This document shows, piece after piece, positions 59,091 through 64,000 of a stretch of DNA of 64,000 nt. Origin of the DNA: an uncultured Chloroflexia bacterium (GTDB taxonomy: Bacteria; Chloroflexota; Limnocylindria; Limnocylindrales; CSP1-4). Each line of letters opens with the position of its first letter. Position 1 is the first letter of the stretch. Location of the stretch: contig CAWHXD010000006.1 of NCBI GenBank assembly GCA_963833225.1, positions 224,001-288,000 on the forward strand. Reading direction: 5' to 3'. The notes beneath the pieces were generated by a model. It ran no database searches and was not told the origin of the DNA. It was given only the letters and a program-made list of their open reading frames with translations. The position numbers were made by a program, and so were the translations under genes.

Positions 59091-60025
59091 TCAACCGGTT
59101 GCTCCGGCGGGCGCTGCTGTGGGCTGCGCGCAACCCGTGGCTCGGCGAACGCCTGCCGAGCCTCCCGTTCATGCGCCGGGCCGTCCACCGCTTCATGCCC
59201 GGCGAGGAGATCGCGGACGCGCTTGCCGCCGCCGGCGACCTGCAGCAGCGGGGCATCGGCACCCTCTACACCAAGCTGGGCGAGGCGATCACGGAGCCGT
59301 CCGGCGCCCAGGCCGTCGCCGACCACTACGTCGAGCTCCTCGCCCGGATCAGCGACGCGGGGATCGACGGCGAGATCAGCGTGAAGCCCACCCAGCTGGG
59401 CCTCGATATCGACGAGGACCTGTGCCTCGGCCACCTGCGCGCGCTGGCCGCGGCCGCCGAGGCCCGGGGCTCATTCCTGTGGATCGACATGGAGGACAGC
59501 GGCTACGTCGACCGGACGCTCGATCTCTACCAGCGGCTCCGGGCATCGCATGCGAACACCGGGATCTGCCTCCAGGCATACCTCCGGCGGACGGCGAAGG
59601 ACGTCGAGCGGCTGCTGCCCATCGCCCCGGCCGTGCGCCTCGTCAAGGGCGCCTATGAGGAGCCGAGGGCGATCGCGTTCAAGTCCCGCAGGGAGATCGA
59701 CGCCAACTTCCTGGGGCTGTCGGTCACCATGCTCCGCGAACGCCGCAACCGGCCCGGCATGCGCGTCGGGCTGGGCACGCACGACGTGGAGCTGATCGAG
59801 CAGATCGCCGCCCATGCGTCGGCCGCCGGGATCTCGAAGGGCGACTTCGAGGTCCAGATGCTGTTCGGGATCCGGGCCCGGGAGCAGCACCGGCTCGCCG
59901 GCTCCGGGTACCGGGTCCAGACGCTGATCGCCTATGGGGCCGCGTGGTACCGCTGGTACATGCGCCGGCTCGCCGAGCGGCCCGCGAACGTCCTGTTCGC
60001 GATGCGCCAGCTGCTGCCCTGGTAG
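59087..60025 (+). CDS. Monofunctional proline dehydrogenase
   Basis: RF.PGE, LGE, SVKPTQLG, IDMED, LQAYLRR, RLVKGAY, THD, FEVQMLFG, YMRRLAERP. Confidence 0.93.
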   Translation: MINRLLRRALLWAARNPWLGERLPSLPFMRRAVHRFMPGEEIADALAAAGDLQQRGIGTLYTKLGEAITEPSGAQAVADHYVELLARISDAGIDGEISVKPTQLGLDIDEDLCLGHLRALAAAAEARGSFLWIDMEDSGYVDRTLDLYQRLRASHANTGICLQAYLRRTAKDVERLLPIAPAVRLVKGAYEEPRAIAFKSRREIDANFLGLSVTMLRERRNRPGMRVGLGTHDVELIEQIAAHASAAGISKGDFEVQMLFGIRAREQHRLAGSGYRVQTLIAYGAAWYRWYMRRLAERPANVLFAMRQLLPW

Positions 60026-60603
60026 GTGTCCACCCGGATCGAGGGTCTCGAGCCGCTGGCGCCGGACGTCGTCCTCGCCTGGCGTGGGATCGACGACGGG
60101 GCCTTCATCTCCGTCCGGCGCGAGGTGCGTCGGCGGTCTGGGGCCGGCTCATCGGAGCGTCTCGCGGCGCAGCTGGCCGCGGTCGCCGGGGCCTTGGGCG
60201 CGCTCATCGAAGCGCTGCCGGCACCGGCCTTTGCGTTGCCCGGCGGCGAGGAGGATTGGAACGTGGCCCAGGCCGTCGGCCACACGGCCGACTCGCGGGC
60301 CGGGCTCGCGATGGCAGGCGCGCTCGCTGCCACGAGTCGCTGGCCGTCCGACGCGCCCGAGGTGGCCCCGGGCATCCCGGGCCCGCGGGTGCCACCCGTG
60401 ACCAGCTGCTGCGCAGGATCGCGGCCAGCCAGCGGGTTGTGGCCCGGGCCGCGCGGTCGATCGCCGGTCACGAGCTGGATCCGTGTCCGCTGGTCCACCC
60501 GCTGGTGGGGCGCCTCCGCTGCGGCGAGTGGCTCCTGTTCGCCGGCGTCCACGACCTGATGCACCTCGACCAGTTGGAGCGACTGGAGGCGACCCTGCGA
60601 TGA
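60026..60603 (+). CDS. DinB-family protein (frameshift near 60390)
   Basis: WNVAQAVGH...HPLVGRL...WLLFAGVHDLMHLDQL. Confidence 0.7.
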
Positions 60604-61139
60604 GCCTGCGCCCCGACCTCATCGAGTGCTGGGTGTTCCGGGTCGCGCCGCCGGCCTCACCCGAGGATCGCCGTAGCGATGCGGAGCGCCTCGAGATCCT
60701 CCTCATCCGGCGGGCCGCCCATCGCATCTTTCCCGGCCTGTGGCAGTGCGTCACCGGCGGCGTGGAACCGGGCGAGGCGGTGCCCGCGGCGGCGATGCGC
60801 GAGGTGCTCGAGGAGACGGGCCTCGGCCCGGCCGAGATCGAGGCGTTCTACGACCTGGACCAGGTCGCCCCGTTCTACGACGAGGGTGCCGACGCGGTGG
60901 TCGTGTCGGCGATCTTCGCGGCGCGCATCCGCCCCGCCGCGGAGGCCAGGGCGTCATGGGAGCACGATGGCCTGCGCTGGGTTCCGGCCACCGACGCACC
61001 CCGCCTCGCCATCTGGCCGTCGTACGTGGAGTCGGTGCGGCGCGTGCGGGAGCAGCTCCTGGACCCCGTCTTCGAGCCGTGGTTCCGGCTGGACGAGCAG
61101 GGCGGGCGGATCGCGCGCCGGCCGATCGTCGATCAGTAG
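60600..61139 (+). CDS. NUDIX hydrolase
   Basis: GGVEPGE...AAMREVLEETGL Nudix box; EHDGLRW. Confidence 0.9.
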   Translation: MSLRPDLIECWVFRVAPPASPEDRRSDAERLEILLIRRAAHRIFPGLWQCVTGGVEPGEAVPAAAMREVLEETGLGPAEIEAFYDLDQVAPFYDEGADAVVVSAIFAARIRPAAEARASWEHDGLRWVPATDAPRLAIWPSYVESVRRVREQLLDPVFEPWFRLDEQGGRIARRPIVDQ

Positions 61140-61975
61140 CGCTCGGGCACGAACGTCTGCTCTTCCATCGGCGGGCGGACGTAGCCCCGGTCTGGCTCGC
61201 GCGGTGGCAGGACGATGGGCTCCGGCGTCAGGTCCTCGTACGGGATGAGCGACAGCAGGTGGCCGATCACGTTGAGGCGGGCTCGCCGCTTGTCGTCCCC
61301 CTGCACCACGTGCCACGGCGCCTGCTTGATGTCCGTATGGCGAAACATCTCGTCCTTGGCGACGGAGTAGTCGACCCAGCGGGTCCGGCTCATGAGGTCC
61401 ATCGGCGACAGCTTCCAGCGCTTCGTCGGGTTCTCGATCCGGGCCTGGAACCGGCGCTCCTGCTCCGCGTCGCTGACGCTGAACCAGTACTTCACGAGGA
61501 TGATCCCCGACCGCACGAGCATCCGCTCGAACTCCGGGCACGATCGGTAGAACTCCTCGACCTCGGCGGGCGTCGCGAAGCCCATGACCCGTTCGACACC
61601 GGCCCGGTTGTACCAGCTGCGATCGAGCAGCACCATCTCGCCGGCCGCGGGGAGGTGGGCGGCATACCGCTGGAAGTACCACTGCGTTCGCTCGCGCTCC
61701 GTCGGGGCGGGCAGCGCCACCACCCGGGCGATGCGCGGATTGAGGCCGAGGGTGATGGTCTTGATCGCGCCACCCTTCCCGGCGGCGTCGCGACCCTCGA
61801 AGATGACCACGACCTTGAGCCCGCGAGCGCGTACCCACTCCTGGAGCTTCGACAGCTCGATCTGCAGCTTCGCCAGCTCCGCCAGGTACACCTTGTTGCT
61901 GAGCTTGCCGGGCGTGGCCACGGACTTGCCAGTACCAGCGCTGTCGCCGGCGAGCTTGCCCTTGTCCTTGCTCAT
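61133..61975 (-). CDS. ppk2: Polyphosphate kinase 2
   Basis: EGRDAAGKGG, WYFQRY, DRSWYNRAG, WKLSPMD, DDKRRARLN. Confidence 0.95.
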   Translation of the reverse strand: MSKDKGKLAGDSAGTGKSVATPGKLSNKVYLAELAKLQIELSKLQEWVRARGLKVVVIFEGRDAAGKGGAIKTITLGLNPRIARVVALPAPTERERTQWYFQRYAAHLPAAGEMVLLDRSWYNRAGVERVMGFATPAEVEEFYRSCPEFERMLVRSGIILVKYWFSVSDAEQERRFQARIENPTKRWKLSPMDLMSRTRWVDYSVAKDEMFRHTDIKQAPWHVVQGDDKRRARLNVIGHLLSLIPYEDLTPEPIVLPPREPDRGYVRPPMEEQTFVPERY

Positions 61976-62114
61976 GCTGGGCACCTCGCTCCTTGGCGTC
62001 GTGTGCGAGACCGATCCTCACCCGGCGCGCATGACCAGTATGGCCCTGTCGTCCACGCGGGTAGACTGTCCGGCACCACCCGGAGGAACGACGATTGCGC
62101 GAGAGGACGACGGC

Positions 62115-63281
62115 ATGACCGAGACGCTGGCGAACCGGCGGGTCTTCCGCTCCAAGGTGGACTCGATCCGCCCGACGTACGGCTTCGAGGACGTCTCGCT
62201 CGCGCCCGGCACGGACACGGTGGATCCGGCCGACGTCGTCCTGGCACAGGAGTTCTGCGGCCTGTCCCTCGAGATCCCCGTGCTCGCCGCCGCGATGGAC
62301 GCCGTCGCCGACGTTCGCCTCTCCGGCGAGCTCGGCCGGCTGGGCGGGATCTCGTTCCTCAACCTCGAGGGCGTCCAGTTCCGCTATGAGGATCCGACCG
62401 AGGTCCTCGACCGGATCATCGCTGCCCCCGACGACCGGGTCCAGGACGTCCTCGCCGAGGCGTACCGGGCGCCTATCCGGGAAGGGCTGATCGCGCGCCG
62501 CATCACGGAGCTGCACGCCGCAGGGTCGATGGTCGCGTTCTCGGCAACCCCGGGCGTGGCCCGGACGTACGGTGGTGCCTGCGCGGACCATGGAGCGGAC
62601 CTGTTCCTCGTCCAGTCACAGGTCTCGTCCGCCCGACACCTCGCGACCGGCTATGAGCCGCTGGCGCTGGAGGAGTTCACGCGGTCCATGCCGATCCCCG
62701 TTGCCGTTGGCAACACGACCAACGCCGAGGCCGCATTCCTGCTTATGGAGCAGGGCGCGGCCGCGATCTTCGTGGGTGTCGGACCGGGCGCCGCCTGCAC
62801 GACGCGGGAGGTGCTGGGCATCGGGATCCCGCAGGTCACCGCGATCGCCGACGTCACGGCGGCTCGGGATGCGTACCTCGCTGAGACGGGGCGGTACGTG
62901 CCGGTCGTCGCGGACGGCGGGATGAAGCGCGGCGGCGACATCGCCAAGGCGATCGCCGCGGGCGCGGACGTGGTGATGCTGGGGTCGCCCCTGGCGCGCG
63001 CCGCTGAGGCCCCCGGCCGCGGGACCAACTGGGGCATGGCGGCGCCGTCGCCCGTCCTGCCGCGCGGGACGCGGATCAAGGTCGGGACGGTCGGGACGCT
63101 GGACCAGATCCTCAACGGGCCGTCGCACGTCACGGACGGCACCCAGAACCTGATGGGCGCGCTGCGCCAGTCGATGGCCGCCCTGGGCGCCCGGACCATC
63201 GCCGACATGCACGACGTGGAGATCGTCTACGCGCCCTCGGTTGTCACCGAGGGCAAGTCCTGGCAGCTGCGCGGGAAGTAG
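62115..63281 (+). CDS. GuaB3-family IMP dehydrogenase-related protein
   Basis: AAMDAV, LNLEG, GPGAACTTR, VADGG, WGMA, LPRGTRI; no CBS domains. Confidence 0.88.
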   Translation: MTETLANRRVFRSKVDSIRPTYGFEDVSLAPGTDTVDPADVVLAQEFCGLSLEIPVLAAAMDAVADVRLSGELGRLGGISFLNLEGVQFRYEDPTEVLDRIIAAPDDRVQDVLAEAYRAPIREGLIARRITELHAAGSMVAFSATPGVARTYGGACADHGADLFLVQSQVSSARHLATGYEPLALEEFTRSMPIPVAVGNTTNAEAAFLLMEQGAAAIFVGVGPGAACTTREVLGIGIPQVTAIADVTAARDAYLAETGRYVPVVADGGMKRGGDIAKAIAAGADVVMLGSPLARAAEAPGRGTNWGMAAPSPVLPRGTRIKVGTVGTLDQILNGPSHVTDGTQNLMGALRQSMAALGARTIADMHDVEIVYAPSVVTEGKSWQLRGK

Positions 63282-63604
63282 CGCCGGCCTGATCCTGCCT
63301 CGCCCGCGGGTCGAGACGCCATCCCCCGGCGCCACATCGGAACGTGGCTGTGCGAGCGTACGGAGACGCCAGATGAGTGACGGGAGCCGCATCGCGGGGA
63401 TCTTCATGGTGGCCGGGCCGCTGGTGGGGGCGATTTGCCTGATGAACCCGCAGTTCTGGCGGGTCTGGATCGTTGGACGCGAAGAGCACCTCGCCCTGGT
63501 CGCGACGCATCGCCGGAGCTGGACCATGGCGAACGTCGGGTTCGGGATTGCGGCATCGCGTCCGCTGATGCTACACGTCGTACGACCCGGCGTCGATCCC
63601 CCGC

Positions 63605-63925
63605 GGGTTCGACATCGTGTTCATCGACCAGCGCGGCGTCGGTGACTCGCACCCCATCACCTGTCCGACCGCCAGGCGGTCTACTACGGCAGTCAGGCGG
63701 ATCCCGCCGATCCGGCGCAGGCGCAGGCGGCCAGTGACGCCGCGCGGACGTATGTGGAAGCTGCCTTGCCGAGGCGGGCGCAGACCCCGCCGACCTTCCC
63801 TTCTACTCGACTCGTCAGGCCGTCGAGGATCTCGAGGCGATCCGCGCGTACCTGGGCGTCGAGAAGCTCCAACTGTACGGCGAGAGCTACGGGACGCAGT
63901 ACGTCCAAGTGTACGCTGCTGACTA
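63605..63925 (+). pseudogene. Fragment of a TAP-like alpha/beta hydrolase
   Basis: FDIVFIDQRGVG, then in a shifted frame YSTRQAVEDLEAIR..LG....LYGESYGT, followed by TAG; no N-terminus. Confidence 0.65.
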
Positions 63926-64000
63926 GCCGCATGGACTCCTCAATCTCGACGGGCTCGCTGGATATCGCGGCGTCGTTCACCCGGGCGCTGCACGTTGCGA

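Noticed and set aside
57737-60025. 762-aa ORF with a long extension on proline dehydrogenase
   Set aside because: The extension is the antisense of the GGDEF gene and an off-frame read of darA; the real start is GTG 59087.

Overview
Very GC-rich bacterial chromosomal segment. The gene set (SpoIIIAA/ycf45-R3H ATPase, tmk near darA, GuaB3, HNH-cca-TPR-galE, many leaderless starts) suggests a Chloroflexota organism, possibly Limnocylindria-like; this is an inference. No rRNA, tRNA, CRISPR array or transposase is recognisable. Main blocks: (1) a sugar-phosphate-utilisation (SPU-type) bacterial microcompartment operon with SorC/DeoR regulator, RpiB, DeoC, acylating aldehyde dehydrogenase and six shell genes (7.8-14.4 kb); (2) a frameshift-rich sugar/sugar-acid catabolic island with ABC transporter, BKACE, Eda, KdgK and two IclR paralogues (16.5-28.6 kb); (3) pdxST and housekeeping genes; (4) a signalling locus (37.0-48.6 kb); (5) tldD/tldE, a membrane-bound group 1 [NiFe] hydrogenase operon, tmk, GGDEF, darA-ProDH-DinB-NUDIX, ppk2 and guaB3. 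The signalling locus is the best candidate for an undescribed system. Six translationally coupled ORFs (four multi-TM proteins, a 101-aa mini-version and a 55-aa micro-protein missing from the ORF track) all end in what looks like the N-terminal fragment of a GAF domain. They lie directly upstream of a PP2C-RsbW enzyme that begins with the complementary GAF fragment, followed by two STAS proteins. The operon is divergent from a BTAD/STAND activator and carries two copies of an identically spaced three-box promoter motif, suggesting a 'split-GAF' many-sensors-to-one-enzyme switchboard. Two copies of an indel-free 150-bp four-box intergenic element were also found.
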